From Alphaproteobacteria bacterium (GTDB lineage: Bacteria; Pseudomonadota; Alphaproteobacteria; MPNO01; UBA2964): DNA of 64,000 nucleotides. The translations under genes were made by a program, and so were the position numbers. The stretch lies in the NCBI GenBank assembly GCA_012103315.1, contig WLWZ01000004.1:99881-163880 (forward strand), given 5' to 3'. The notes under the pieces are model-generated. The model searched no databases. It was not told the DNA's origin and saw only the letters and a list, made by a program, of their open reading frames with translations. The stretch's first letter is position 1. Each line of letters opens with the position of its first letter. Of the stretch, positions 53,089 through 62,935 are shown piece by piece.

Positions 53089-54999
53089 ATGGCGAGAAAA
53101 CCAGTAAATAAGAAAACTCCGGCAAAGAAGCAGAGTGGAAAAAGGGCCGCGACGCGAAATTCTGGACGTCCAAATCTCGACGCGCGCCCGGTCGACTCTA
53201 AACCGCCATCCCTTCAGAAATCTCGGTGGGGCGCTGTAGTGCGCTGGATAGCGATCCTTGGCATCTGGTCGAGTTTGTTCGTCTCGGCCATTCTAGCGTA
53301 CTATGCTTGGGATCTTCCGGATCTTGAGAAGCTGGAAACGCCATCGCGCCGCCCCAGCGTAACCATCCTCGCCTCAGATAATTCTGTCGTCGCAACCTAT
53401 GGTGATCTTCATGCCGGTGCGGTGCGTTTCAATGAAGTCCCGCCCTATCTAATTCAGGCGATTATTGCGACCGAGGATCGCCGGTTTTTTGATCATTTCG
53501 GGGTCGATGTTTTTGGTATTGCGCGGGCTGCGATTACCAACCTTATGGCCGGTAGAGTACGACAAGGGGGTAGTACGCTGACGCAACAGCTTGCCAAAAA
53601 CCTGTTTCTGACACCCGAGCGTTCCTTGGGTCGGAAGATCCAAGAGCTTTTGCTGGCATTCTGGCTGGAAGCTCGTTTCACCAAGAAACAAATTCTCACG
53701 ATTTATCTCAATCGCGTTTACCTCGGCGCTGGGACCTATGGCGTTGGCGCCGCTGCGAGACGATACTTTGGAAAAACGATCCGGCAAGTTTCGTTGCGGG
53801 AATCCGCGATATTGGCGGGTCTCTTGAAAGCGCCGACACGGTATTCGCCATTTCGAAACAAGAAACTTGGCCTCAAGAGGGCCGACCAGGTTTTGGCTAA
53901 TATGGTTGCTGCGGCGTTCTTGACCAAGCGAGATGCAGCAGCAGCGTCAAAAGAACGCCTGCGGTTTGCAGGCCGTTCGACTGGCAGTGGTGCACGATAC
54001 TTTGCGGACTGGCTGCTTGAACGGGCAGCTAGTTTTGTGGGTCGAACCGATCGGGATCTTGTGATCAAGTCGACCTTGACGCCCCGTCTGCAAAAAATAG
54101 CTGAAGATCGAGTAAGTGGGATGTTGGCTAGGGTCGGTGGTAGGCGCAATGTCGGCCAGGCGGCCTTGGTTTCACTGGCCCCCAATGGCGCTATTCGCGC
54201 AATGGTCGGCGGGCGCCGTTACGCTGCCAGCCAATTTAACCGGGTAACCCAGGCGTTCCGGCAACCGGGCTCAGCCTTCAAGCTGTTTGTATATCTGGCT
54301 GCACTGGAAGCTGGTATGCGCCCAGACGATGTTATCGTGGACAGCCCGATCTCCATAAAAGGGTGGACACCTAGAAACTACTCGGGAAGATATCTTGGCC
54401 GAATAACGCTGCGACAGGCATTAGCGAAATCGGTGAACACCGCGGCGGTCAAAGTATCTGAGAAAGTTGGTAGGCATAGGGTCGTCAAGGCCGCAGAACG
54501 CCTCGGCATTACATCCAAACTCAAAGGCCACCCCTCAATCGCCCTCGGTGCAGGAGAGGCAAATTTGCTGGATATGACCGCGGCTTACGCCGTCTTTGCC
54601 AATCGCGGCTTCGCGGCGTGGCCGTATGGTATTATTGAGATTCGAGATGGGGCTAACCAACTTTTGTACCGACGCAGTTCTGTCGGGGCCGGTACGTTGG
54701 TGCGCGCCCAGACCGTGGTGGGTATGCAGGAAATGCTGCGCGAAGTGGTAACGACGGGTACCGGACGGCGGGCACGGCTTGGTCGACCGGCGGCGGGGAA
54801 GACCGGGACTAGCCAAGGATTTCGCGACGCGTGGTTTATTGGATTTACAGCTGAATTGGTCACCGGTGTATGGCTCGGAAACGACAATTCAGCGCCAATG
54901 AAAAAAGTGTCTGGCGGGTCGCTTCCTGCGACCCTGTGGAAGAGATTTATGGAAGACGCTTTAAAAGGAACGCCGGTTCGCCGATTGCCTCAACCTTAG
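53089..54999 (+). CDS. Class A penicillin-binding protein (PBP1A family)
   Basis: Transglycosylase motifs EDRRF and GGSTLTQQLAKN; transpeptidase motifs SAFK, SVN and KTG. Confidence 0.93.
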   Translation: MARKPVNKKTPAKKQSGKRAATRNSGRPNLDARPVDSKPPSLQKSRWGAVVRWIAILGIWSSLFVSAILAYYAWDLPDLEKLETPSRRPSVTILASDNSVVATYGDLHAGAVRFNEVPPYLIQAIIATEDRRFFDHFGVDVFGIARAAITNLMAGRVRQGGSTLTQQLAKNLFLTPERSLGRKIQELLLAFWLEARFTKKQILTIYLNRVYLGAGTYGVGAAARRYFGKTIRQVSLRESAILAGLLKAPTRYSPFRNKKLGLKRADQVLANMVAAAFLTKRDAAAASKERLRFAGRSTGSGARYFADWLLERAASFVGRTDRDLVIKSTLTPRLQKIAEDRVSGMLARVGGRRNVGQAALVSLAPNGAIRAMVGGRRYAASQFNRVTQAFRQPGSAFKLFVYLAALEAGMRPDDVIVDSPISIKGWTPRNYSGRYLGRITLRQALAKSVNTAAVKVSEKVGRHRVVKAAERLGITSKLKGHPSIALGAGEANLLDMTAAYAVFANRGFAAWPYGIIEIRDGANQLLYRRSSVGAGTLVRAQTVVGMQEMLREVVTTGTGRRARLGRPAAGKTGTSQGFRDAWFIGFTAELVTGVWLGNDNSAPMKKVSGGSLPATLWKRFMEDALKGTPVRRLPQP

Positions 55000-55081
55000 T
55001 CGCAAAAATGCACCGGGCTATGGACCCCTATTGCACTGGGTCAGCTATCGTTCCTGGCATGTTTGCTTTATAGCAGGCTCA

Positions 55082-55987
55082 ATGAAAGAGACGTCTCCCC
55101 CCAATAGATTCCTCCCTATAGCTCTCTTGCTGATGATTGGCGGATTATGGGGTTTCTTTTTTATTTTGATTAAGAACACTGTCACGAACGGTATCCACCC
55201 CACTGCTTATGTTTTCTGGTTCTGCCTTGGGTCCGGCATGGTGGTGCTGTTTATCGGTTTGCTGCGCGGCAGCCGCCCGCCTTTGTCAAAACGTCATCTT
55301 GCCTATTATTTCCAAGCGGCGGCTTTGCGCTTTACATTTGCCAACATCATTCTTTACGCGGCACAGGGGAAACTACCGGTTGGTGTCATGGCGGTGATCA
55401 TGGCGTTTACACCAATCTTTACCCATCTCGTGAGTTTGGTTGCTCGTATCGAGAAGTTGGCATGGCTCCGGTTACTAGGAATTTTGTTAGGATTTATCGG
55501 TGTTTTGATCATTGTTATACCCAAAGCATCCTTGCCCGACCCCGCCTTAGCAATTTGGGTTCTCATAGGTTTTGGGACACCGTTACTGCACGGATTAGCT
55601 TACGTGTTCCTGTCGGATTCTAACCGCCCGCCCGACATTGACTCCCTGCAACTGGCTGCAGGCACCTTGTTAGCGGCAGCGGTAATGGCGCTCCCGATTT
55701 CACTCGCCGTTGGTGAGTTTCATATTCTTGCACCGCCATTCACCAATGGTGAATTATCGATGATGCTGCATTTCGTTCTCGCCGGATTTAATTTTTACGC
55801 CGTATTTGAGCTCATCCGAATTGCGGGCCCAACCTATATGAGCCAATCGAGCTTTATGTCGGTGGTTTTTGGGGTGTTTTTCGGCATCGTCCTACTTGGT
55901 GAGCAGCACAGCCTATATATCTGGGTGGCGATTGCGTTGATTCTTGGTGGCGTTGCGCTGGTTAACGCGCGCCAAGGCAAACGCTAA
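55082..55987 (+). CDS. DMT/EamA-family transporter
   Basis: About 10 TM helices in two repeats. Confidence 0.85.
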   Translation: MKETSPPNRFLPIALLLMIGGLWGFFFILIKNTVTNGIHPTAYVFWFCLGSGMVVLFIGLLRGSRPPLSKRHLAYYFQAAALRFTFANIILYAAQGKLPVGVMAVIMAFTPIFTHLVSLVARIEKLAWLRLLGILLGFIGVLIIVIPKASLPDPALAIWVLIGFGTPLLHGLAYVFLSDSNRPPDIDSLQLAAGTLLAAAVMALPISLAVGEFHILAPPFTNGELSMMLHFVLAGFNFYAVFELIRIAGPTYMSQSSFMSVVFGVFFGIVLLGEQHSLYIWVAIALILGGVALVNARQGKR

Positions 55988-55999
55988 ATAACTATTGGT

Positions 56000-56446
56000 C
56001 TATTCGGGCCAAGTGACGATCCGATCTTCGGGGTCATCGCCCCTTTGTTCGGGGACCACTTTGCCCCGCACGGAAATACCCGCTTCGTGGACTGAATTTG
56101 CATCCCCAGATACTAGTGGGTGCCACCAGGCGAGATCTTTGCCCTCGGCGATCATGCGATAGGCGCAACTCGACGGCATCCAGCTTAGGTCTCCGATATT
56201 GTCTGGTTTTAGCACGACGCAGTCGGGGACAGTCTGTTGCCGGTCCTTATAATCGGAACAGCGGCAGGCGCCGGAATCTAATAGTTTACATGCAATATCC
56301 GTGTAAGCGATCTCGCCGGTGTCAATGTCTTCGAGTTTAAGTAAGCAACAACGAGCACAGCCATCGCACAAAGACTCCCATTCGGTACGGGTCATCTCCG
56401 GCAGAGTTTTCCGTTTCCAGAACGGGACAGGACTGTCGCTTCCCAT
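56000..56446 (-). CDS. YcgN/UPF0260 cysteine-cluster protein
   Basis: [15 protein letters not shown] and W.P.SCAYR motifs. Confidence 0.92.
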   Translation of the reverse strand: MGSDSPVPFWKRKTLPEMTRTEWESLCDGCARCCLLKLEDIDTGEIAYTDIACKLLDSGACRCSDYKDRQQTVPDCVVLKPDNIGDLSWMPSSCAYRMIAEGKDLAWWHPLVSGDANSVHEAGISVRGKVVPEQRGDDPEDRIVTWPE

Positions 56447-56452
56447 CGAGGG

Positions 56453-57067
56453 TCAGAGCTGTTTGGTGATCATCTTGGCCATCACCTCTGCGTTTGTTTG
56501 ATGAGAAAAATGGGTGACGTATTTCCCCTTTTTATCCATCAAGAACACGATCGAAGAATGATCCATCAGATAGTCATCTGCATCTGGTTTCGATTTGTCT
56601 TGCAACGCCTTGGCATAATAAATTCGATATTGCTTGGCCGCGTCTTTGATTAAACTTTCGTCACCCGTGAGCCCAATCATCCCCGGATAGAAGTTTTTCA
56701 CATATTCTTTGAGATGTGCAGGTGTGTCCCGTTTAGGGTCGACAGTGATAAAAATTGGCTGGATTGCTTCCGCGCGCTTCCCGAGGGACTGCAATGCGTT
56801 GCTCATGATTTGCAATGCTGTTGGACAGACGTCGGGACAATAGCTGTAGCCAAAATAAATTAGCATAAACTTGCCTTGAAACTCGGTACTCTTTCGGGAT
56901 TTCCCGTTATGGTCGGTCAGCTCAAACGGGCCGCCAATCTTGGCGATGCCGCTTGAACCGGCGCGTCGACCGTCAGGGGATAACAAACCAAACTGCCATG
57001 CGATGAGAACAATGGCAAGAATGGCAATTGCCGCGAGGGAGGCCGTACGAAAGGCAGACAAATTCAT
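56453..57067 (-). CDS. senC: SCO1/SenC copper chaperone
   Basis: N-terminal TM helix; FGYSYCPDVCP, VDP.RD and DHS motifs. Confidence 0.9.
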   Translation of the reverse strand: MNLSAFRTASLAAIAILAIVLIAWQFGLLSPDGRRAGSSGIAKIGGPFELTDHNGKSRKSTEFQGKFMLIYFGYSYCPDVCPTALQIMSNALQSLGKRAEAIQPIFITVDPKRDTPAHLKEYVKNFYPGMIGLTGDESLIKDAAKQYRIYYAKALQDKSKPDADDYLMDHSSIVFLMDKKGKYVTHFSHQTNAEVMAKMITKQL

Positions 57068-57213
57068 AATTGTGTCTCTTTGGAAGCCATGTTGCGAAGA
57101 TATAGCGTTTGTCGGTCCAGTTCGCCAGAAAACTAACGATCAATTGATGCATACTGGGATTGCATCCTAGTTTAGAGTAACTTAACGGTCTTCTTAACTA
57201 TAATGTTGCTACG

Positions 57214-57777
57214 ATGAAGTTCTCTCGATTTATATTCCTTTTGAATTTCTTTTTGGCGTTGGTGTCTGGACCGGCGCTTGCAGAGATTCAACTTTTTGGC
57301 GACAATCCAATATTTGCTGCAATTAAGGCAAACGATTTGGAGAACGTCAAAGCGGCGATAGCGCGGGGTGAGAGGGCGGAGATCGAGGATTTTGATGGTC
57401 GGACGCCTATAATCTATGCCGGAATTTTTGGGAGTGCCGATATTATCGATTATCTCGCCGAGGTCCGGGTGTCATTGAATCATAAGGACAAGCTGGGAAA
57501 TACAGCGTTGTATTACGCGGCTGACCGCGGCCATATTGACGCCCTCGAAATATTAATTGAGCGGCGTGTCGACATAAACTCCGAGAATCGCCGCGGCATC
57601 ACGCCGCTAATGATTGCGGCAAGCCAGGGCCGGAACGAGGTTGTTCGGATACTCTTACGGCAAAAAGCTGACGCAACGCGACGCGATTATACTGGTCGGA
57701 CGGCCCTTATGTGGGCTGAGTGGAGTCGCAAATCGCAAACGGTGAAGATTCTCCGGGCCGCTGGTATTCAGGAATAA
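57214..57777 (+). CDS. Exported ankyrin-repeat protein
   Basis: Signal peptide ending ALA; repeats GRTPIIYA, GNTALYYAA, GITPLMIAA and GRTALMWA. Confidence 0.9.
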   Translation: MKFSRFIFLLNFFLALVSGPALAEIQLFGDNPIFAAIKANDLENVKAAIARGERAEIEDFDGRTPIIYAGIFGSADIIDYLAEVRVSLNHKDKLGNTALYYAADRGHIDALEILIERRVDINSENRRGITPLMIAASQGRNEVVRILLRQKADATRRDYTGRTALMWAEWSRKSQTVKILRAAGIQE

Positions 57778-57802
57778 GCAAAAGGGTAGAACGATAGAAA
57801 AC

Positions 57803-58783
57803 ATGGATACACCTATACCCTTTATTGTCCTGTTTGCCGTTTTGCTCATTGATGCCGTCGCAGGACATCTATTGGGCATTAGGTTCGTCTTCGCCCTACC
57901 ACTCAGAATAATTCGCAGTTTGGCGGGTTGGTTTGATGGACGCTTAAACCGCGAGAACCGCGGTCGAAACGCACGTCGTTTCCGCGGAGCAATTGTTCTG
58001 TTGGTCATTGCCTTGCCGGTTTGGGTTGGCGCAGTCGCCTTAAGTGGATATGCCGATCAAAGCCCTTATGCCTCATTGATTGATACCTGCGTTCTGTTGT
58101 TTTTTGTTGGCGGTAGTCGTCCCATTGTCAGGCTGCGGAAGGTTACGGGCGCGCTTCGCGGGGCCTACAATGAAAGAGCATCCAGGATTTCCTATATATT
58201 GGTGCGTTTTGAAACCGATAATATGGATGCTCATAGTATTGCTCGGGCTGCGATCGGGGGCAGTACGGCGCGCGTGGCGGTAGGGTTGTTTGGATTGATT
58301 TTCTGGTATCTCCTTTTGGGGCTACCTGCCGTCATACTCTACCGCGTGGTTGGTGCCATAGCAGACGTGGTTGGCCGGAATTCTTCACAACATCTCGATT
58401 TTGGATTTGCCGCTCGACGGCTCGATGACATCTTGTCTTTGCCGGCCGCTATTATTGCGGGCCCTGTTTTTGTGCTGGCGGCGATTTTTATTCCACGGGC
58501 GAGTCCCATAAAGGCATTTACGGGATGGCTGAAGGATTTTGGTGCCAGAGCCATCCGGAGTGATTTTCGGGGCGAAGGTGCCATTGCTGGTGCGTTGGGA
58601 ATCGCCCTCGGTGGACCTCAAGAGTTTGGCGAGGAAAAGGTTTCCCGTGACTGGATCGGTGATGGGCGTGCTCAGGTTATGCGTGCCGATACACATCGAA
58701 CTTCCTGGTTATTGGGATTGTCTGTGTTTCTGGCTATGGCGGTAATCGCCGGCGGCATCGCATTCTTGAAACAATCATCTTAA
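57803..58783 (+). CDS. CbiB/CobD-AmpE-like membrane protein (divergent)
   Basis: Overall CbiB layout (LIDA..G, RLNR, FW..LLGLP...YR, FG.AA.RLDD, AGALGI.LGG) but lacking the E-N-x-x-D motif. Confidence 0.65.
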   Translation: MDTPIPFIVLFAVLLIDAVAGHLLGIRFVFALPLRIIRSLAGWFDGRLNRENRGRNARRFRGAIVLLVIALPVWVGAVALSGYADQSPYASLIDTCVLLFFVGGSRPIVRLRKVTGALRGAYNERASRISYILVRFETDNMDAHSIARAAIGGSTARVAVGLFGLIFWYLLLGLPAVILYRVVGAIADVVGRNSSQHLDFGFAARRLDDILSLPAAIIAGPVFVLAAIFIPRASPIKAFTGWLKDFGARAIRSDFRGEGAIAGALGIALGGPQEFGEEKVSRDWIGDGRAQVMRADTHRTSWLLGLSVFLAMAVIAGGIAFLKQSS

Positions 58784-58843
58784 CGAAATTTATCAGCGGT
58801 ATTCGCATTTACGCTCCGCAACAGTTGCGAGGAAGAAGACCGC

Positions 58844-59311
58844 ATGCCTAAAAAACGGCTTCTCATTATTGCCCATGCGCCGTCAGACAATACACGAATG
58901 TTGTCGCAGGCAGTAACAGCCGGTGCAAACTCTGTGAGTGAAGGCAGGATTGACGTCATCGCTCAAAATCCTTTTGAAACGACAGCTGAGGATGTCCTGC
59001 ACGCAGATGCATTAATACTCGGGACGACCGAGAATCTTGGTTATATGAGCGGCGCTCTGAAGGATTTTTTTGACCGCATATACTATCCCTGCCTTGAAGA
59101 GAAACAGGGCCTCCCTTATTGCCTCTTTGTCCGGGCTGGTCAGGATGGTGCGGGAACCTGTCGTGGCGTGGAGACCATAGCGACGGGGTTACGCTGGCGC
59201 GCAATTCAAGAGCCGTTGATTTGCAAAGGGGACTGGCAACCAGAATTTATCGATCAATGTGGAGAATTGGGGGCGGCGATGGCGGCTGGTCTCGATCTTG
59301 GCGTATTCTAA
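58844..59311 (+). CDS. Flavodoxin-like (WrbA-related) protein
   Basis: H.PS.NT and GTTENLGYMSGALKDFFDR motifs. Confidence 0.85.
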   Translation: MPKKRLLIIAHAPSDNTRMLSQAVTAGANSVSEGRIDVIAQNPFETTAEDVLHADALILGTTENLGYMSGALKDFFDRIYYPCLEEKQGLPYCLFVRAGQDGAGTCRGVETIATGLRWRAIQEPLICKGDWQPEFIDQCGELGAAMAAGLDLGVF

Positions 59312-59319
59312 AGACCGAT

Positions 59320-60153
59320 TTATTCTCCCATTTGTAGCAGCATCCCCTTTATCCGGGCGAGGCGAAAGACATACAGAAAAATAGCGAAGCCAGCGGCCAT
59401 AAAGATTACATTCAACATAAGAGCATTCACAAAGAGATCCATCCGGAAAATACCATCGATCAAAACGGCACGCATACCCTCAAATACATGAGCCGATGGC
59501 AGCGCCCAGGCGACGGGTTGTAGCCAGTCAGGGAGAATGGCAATTGGGTAGTAGATGCCGCTTATAGGCGCGACGAGAAAAATACCCACCCAGGCAAGAC
59601 TCTCCGCACCCATCCCAAATCGAAGGACTAGGGCGGACACAGCGAGCCCGACAGCCCCGCCAAAGATCATGAGATTTACAAAAAAGGCGATTAACGGCAG
59701 TCCCATATCAAAGATCGAATAGTTATAGAGTGGGATGGCCAGCAACGCCGCTGGGATGACGCCGATGATGGTTCTTACCAAGCTGATAAACAGCAAAGAG
59801 AGTGCCCATTCATAGGGGCGCAATGGACTGGCAAAAAGCTGGGCCAGATTACGAGACCACATTTCTTCGAGGAACGAGATGGCGACACCTATATTGCTTC
59901 GGAACATGACATCCCAGAGCAAAACAGCGGCAATTAGCATTCCGGCAGCTTTGATGACCGGCGATTCTGAAGTCAGAAGAAACTGGGTCATGAAGCCCCA
60001 CAGGATCATCTGCATGAGTGGCCAATATGCTAACTCAACCACCCGCGTCCAGGAGCTTCGGAGAAGATAAAGATAGCGAAGTCCCATGGCACCGATCCGG
60101 CGCAATGCGAATGGTTGGTCAGCGTGTTGTGGAACCGGTTCGAATTCTTTCAT
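59320..60153 (-). CDS. ABC-2 type exporter permease
   Basis: Six TM helices; YYP...LP.WLQ.VA..LP motif. Confidence 0.88.
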   Translation of the reverse strand: MKEFEPVPQHADQPFALRRIGAMGLRYLYLLRSSWTRVVELAYWPLMQMILWGFMTQFLLTSESPVIKAAGMLIAAVLLWDVMFRSNIGVAISFLEEMWSRNLAQLFASPLRPYEWALSLLFISLVRTIIGVIPAALLAIPLYNYSIFDMGLPLIAFFVNLMIFGGAVGLAVSALVLRFGMGAESLAWVGIFLVAPISGIYYPIAILPDWLQPVAWALPSAHVFEGMRAVLIDGIFRMDLFVNALMLNVIFMAAGFAIFLYVFRLARIKGMLLQMGE

Positions 60154-60908
60154 TGCGCCGCGTTCTCTTGCGGCAATTTATTGTCACGCCGCGCTATATC
60201 GAGGAAGACCTGTTCCAGCGTATCGTGCCCGTACTTTTCAACCAGCCCGGCAGGCGTTCCGCTGTCAACGACCTGGCCTTGTTTCATCATCAATACATCT
60301 GAGCACAGTCGGTTCACCTCATTCATATTGTGCGATGCCAGCAGGATGGTTGCGCCGGTTTCGCGGGCATATTCTTCGAGATAAGACCTGATCCAGTCAC
60401 CGGTATCTGGATCCAGCGAAGCGGTAGGTTCGTCCAATAGGAGAAGAGCGGGCGCGTTGATAAGGGCTTTCGCAAGTGCCACGCGGGTCCGCTGCCCTGA
60501 CGATAATTGTCCTGTCGGGCGATCTATAAACTCGTCGAGAGCGAGAACGGAAGACAGCTCCTTAATTCGTGTGCGAGCCTGTCGCAAACCGTAAAGTCCC
60601 GCAAACACCCTGAGATTTTCTCTTACTGTTAGACGTTTCGGCAAGTCGACATAAGGTGAACCAAAATTCATACGACCAAGAACGCGATGTCGCGATTTGA
60701 CCATGTCTTCACCGAGAATTTCTATTTTGCCACTTGTTGGTAAAAGCAAGCCAAGCAGCATCGCGATGGTCGTGGTTTTGCCGGCGCCGTTGCCGCCGAG
60801 GAGAGCTGTGATTGTCCCCGCTTTTACTTCTATGGAAATCGCGTCAACGGCTGTCACGTCGTCAAACGTCTTTGTCAGCTTGTTGGTCCGGATTGCAAAT
60901 GTGCTCAT
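60150..60908 (-). CDS. ABC exporter ATP-binding protein
   Basis: GGNGAGKT, LSSGQ, LLLLDEP and SH motifs. Confidence 0.93.
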   Translation of the reverse strand: MSTFAIRTNKLTKTFDDVTAVDAISIEVKAGTITALLGGNGAGKTTTIAMLLGLLLPTSGKIEILGEDMVKSRHRVLGRMNFGSPYVDLPKRLTVRENLRVFAGLYGLRQARTRIKELSSVLALDEFIDRPTGQLSSGQRTRVALAKALINAPALLLLDEPTASLDPDTGDWIRSYLEEYARETGATILLASHNMNEVNRLCSDVLMMKQGQVVDSGTPAGLVEKYGHDTLEQVFLDIARRDNKLPQENAAQ

Positions 60909-61044
60909 AACGCTTCTATATCATGCCCGCGTCTGGCTTGCGCCAGTGTCTGATATAAAATTTAAGACGACGACCGCTTAACAGGGAATTTTGCGTTATA
61001 AGGGTTTGACCGTTTTGACCTGTAGCCAATGGAAGGAAATGTAG

Positions 61045-62331
61045 ATGCCTGCGATCGACGAGACCAGCAGGGTGCAGCTCCGGACATTGGTTTTTATTCG
61101 ATGGGTCGCAATCGCCGGACAGGTTGTGGCTCTGATTGTCGTGCATTACGGGCTGGGATTTGATTTACCGATTGTGCTAACGATGACGACGGTTATCGCA
61201 TCCGCCGTTGTTAATTTAGCTGCTCAATTTGGTGGTGGTTCTGGTCCGATCTCGGAAAAAGGTGCGGCGGGCTACCTGGCGTTTGATATTGCGCAGTTAG
61301 CAGTCCTTTTGTTTTTAACCGGAGGACTTGGCAATCCATTTGCCTTTTTGCTTTTAGCGCCGGTAGCAATCTCGGCAACGGTTCTGTCGCTTAGAAGTAC
61401 GATTATTCTATGCGTCTTGGCCCTTGTCGCTATTACGGTCCTATCAGTCAGACATATGGCCTTGCCATGGCGCGGTCTTCCCCCGGAGTTGCCGACGATA
61501 TACTTGCTCGGTGTTTGGACGGCGCTGGCCATCGGGATCTTGTTCTTTGCCGCGTATACTTGGCGGGTTGCCCAGGCAGCACGTGAATTATCTGATGGTC
61601 TCTTTGCCACACAGCAGGCTCTAGCCCGCGAACAACGTTTATCGGCGATGGGGACAATCGCGGCGGCTGCTGCCCATGAATTGGGCAGCCCTCTGGGAAC
61701 AATTGCTGTGGTCAGTCGCGAACTTTCGCGCGATCTACCTGCTGACAGTCCCATTGCCGAGGACGTCGCGCTCTTGCGGACGGAAACGGATAGGTGCCGA
61801 GATATTCTCGCCGCCCTGGCTCATAATCCCGAGGAAGATGACGCGCCATTTTCTGCAGTGCCGATGAGCGCTGTAGTAGAAAATGCTGCGATACGGCATC
61901 AACCTGAGACCCTTACAGTCATTTATGACGCAATGCCCTTGTCGGGCTTGGACAACTCTGAGGAGCCGAGAATTCGCTCTGCGCCGGAAATCATCCATGG
62001 CATTGGCTCGTTAGCGCAAAACGCGATGCAGTTTGCAGATTCTGAGGTGATCATTTCGACTGCTTGGTCGGAAAGTAATGTACAGGTTACGATTATGGAT
62101 GATGGGCCAGGTTTTCCGCCTTTTGTGTTGGACCGGATTGGAGAGCCCTATATATCTCTTCGTATGACGCAGGAAGATCACATGGGTCTTGGCATATTTA
62201 TTGCCCAAACTTTACTGGCGCGAACGGGCGCACAGCTTTCGTTCAGGAACAGTCAAGAAGGCGGTGCGATTGTTGAAATTCGCTGGCCGCGGGCTGTCAT
62301 AGAGGGTGTAGACAGCGAGATGGCTGGATAA
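61045..62331 (+). CDS. regB: Redox-sensing histidine kinase RegB/PrrB/ActS
   Basis: TGGLGNPF quinone-binding motif, AHELGSPL H-box, redox Cys in RCRDIL, DDGPGF and GLG. Confidence 0.93.
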   Translation: MPAIDETSRVQLRTLVFIRWVAIAGQVVALIVVHYGLGFDLPIVLTMTTVIASAVVNLAAQFGGGSGPISEKGAAGYLAFDIAQLAVLLFLTGGLGNPFAFLLLAPVAISATVLSLRSTIILCVLALVAITVLSVRHMALPWRGLPPELPTIYLLGVWTALAIGILFFAAYTWRVAQAARELSDGLFATQQALAREQRLSAMGTIAAAAAHELGSPLGTIAVVSRELSRDLPADSPIAEDVALLRTETDRCRDILAALAHNPEEDDAPFSAVPMSAVVENAAIRHQPETLTVIYDAMPLSGLDNSEEPRIRSAPEIIHGIGSLAQNAMQFADSEVIISTAWSESNVQVTIMDDGPGFPPFVLDRIGEPYISLRMTQEDHMGLGIFIAQTLLARTGAQLSFRNSQEGGAIVEIRWPRAVIEGVDSEMAG

Positions 62332-62921
62332 TGAGTAACGCACAAAACGATATTACGACGTCGAGTAATGATGATCCTGCGAAGAAATTGTTGATTGTAG
62401 ACGATGACCGGCCGTTTCGGGAACGGCTGGCGAAAGCAATGGAACGACAGGGATTCTTGGTCACGGCTGTTGAAAGTGTCGCCGAAGGAATGGCGGTGGC
62501 GAAGCTAGAGGCGCCACACTACGCCGTGTTGGATTTGCGTTTAGAGGATGGCAGCGGGCTCGATATCGTGCCGATTATTCGGGAAGCCTATGCGGAATCC
62601 CGTATTGTTATTCTAACCGGTTACGGAAATATCGCGACGGCGGTTGCCGCTGTTAAGGCCGGGGCAGTTGATTATTTAGCGAAACCAGCTGATGCGGACC
62701 AGGTTGCTGCTGCCTTGTTAGCGCAAGGATTAGATTTACCGCCACCGCCTGAAAACCCAATGTCTGCAGACCGCGTTCGCTGGGAACATATTCAGCGGGT
62801 TTATGAGCAATGTGATCGGAACGTTTCGGAAACAGCTCGTCGATTAAAGATGCACCGCCGGACATTGCAAAGAATTCTGGCCAAGAGGGCCCCGCGGGAA
62901 ACTAACGATGTGATGCCCTAG
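62331..62921 (+). CDS. regA: Response regulator RegA/PrrA/ActR
   Basis: PPPPENPMSADRVRWEHIQRVYEQCDRNVSETARRL.MHRRTLQRIL. Confidence 0.96.
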   Translation: MSNAQNDITTSSNDDPAKKLLIVDDDRPFRERLAKAMERQGFLVTAVESVAEGMAVAKLEAPHYAVLDLRLEDGSGLDIVPIIREAYAESRIVILTGYGNIATAVAAVKAGAVDYLAKPADADQVAAALLAQGLDLPPPPENPMSADRVRWEHIQRVYEQCDRNVSETARRLKMHRRTLQRILAKRAPRETNDVMP

Positions 62922-62935
62922 ACTGCCTGTAATTA

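Noticed and set aside
57182-57197. CtrA box in the senC/ankyrin divergent promoter
   Set aside because: The spacing is TTAA-N8-TTAA, not N7.
59320-60908. ABC exporter as the dedicated transporter of the kinase/PqqD module
   Set aside because: It is a generic ABC-2 pair without a peptidase domain and lies divergent from regB. Proximity is the only link.
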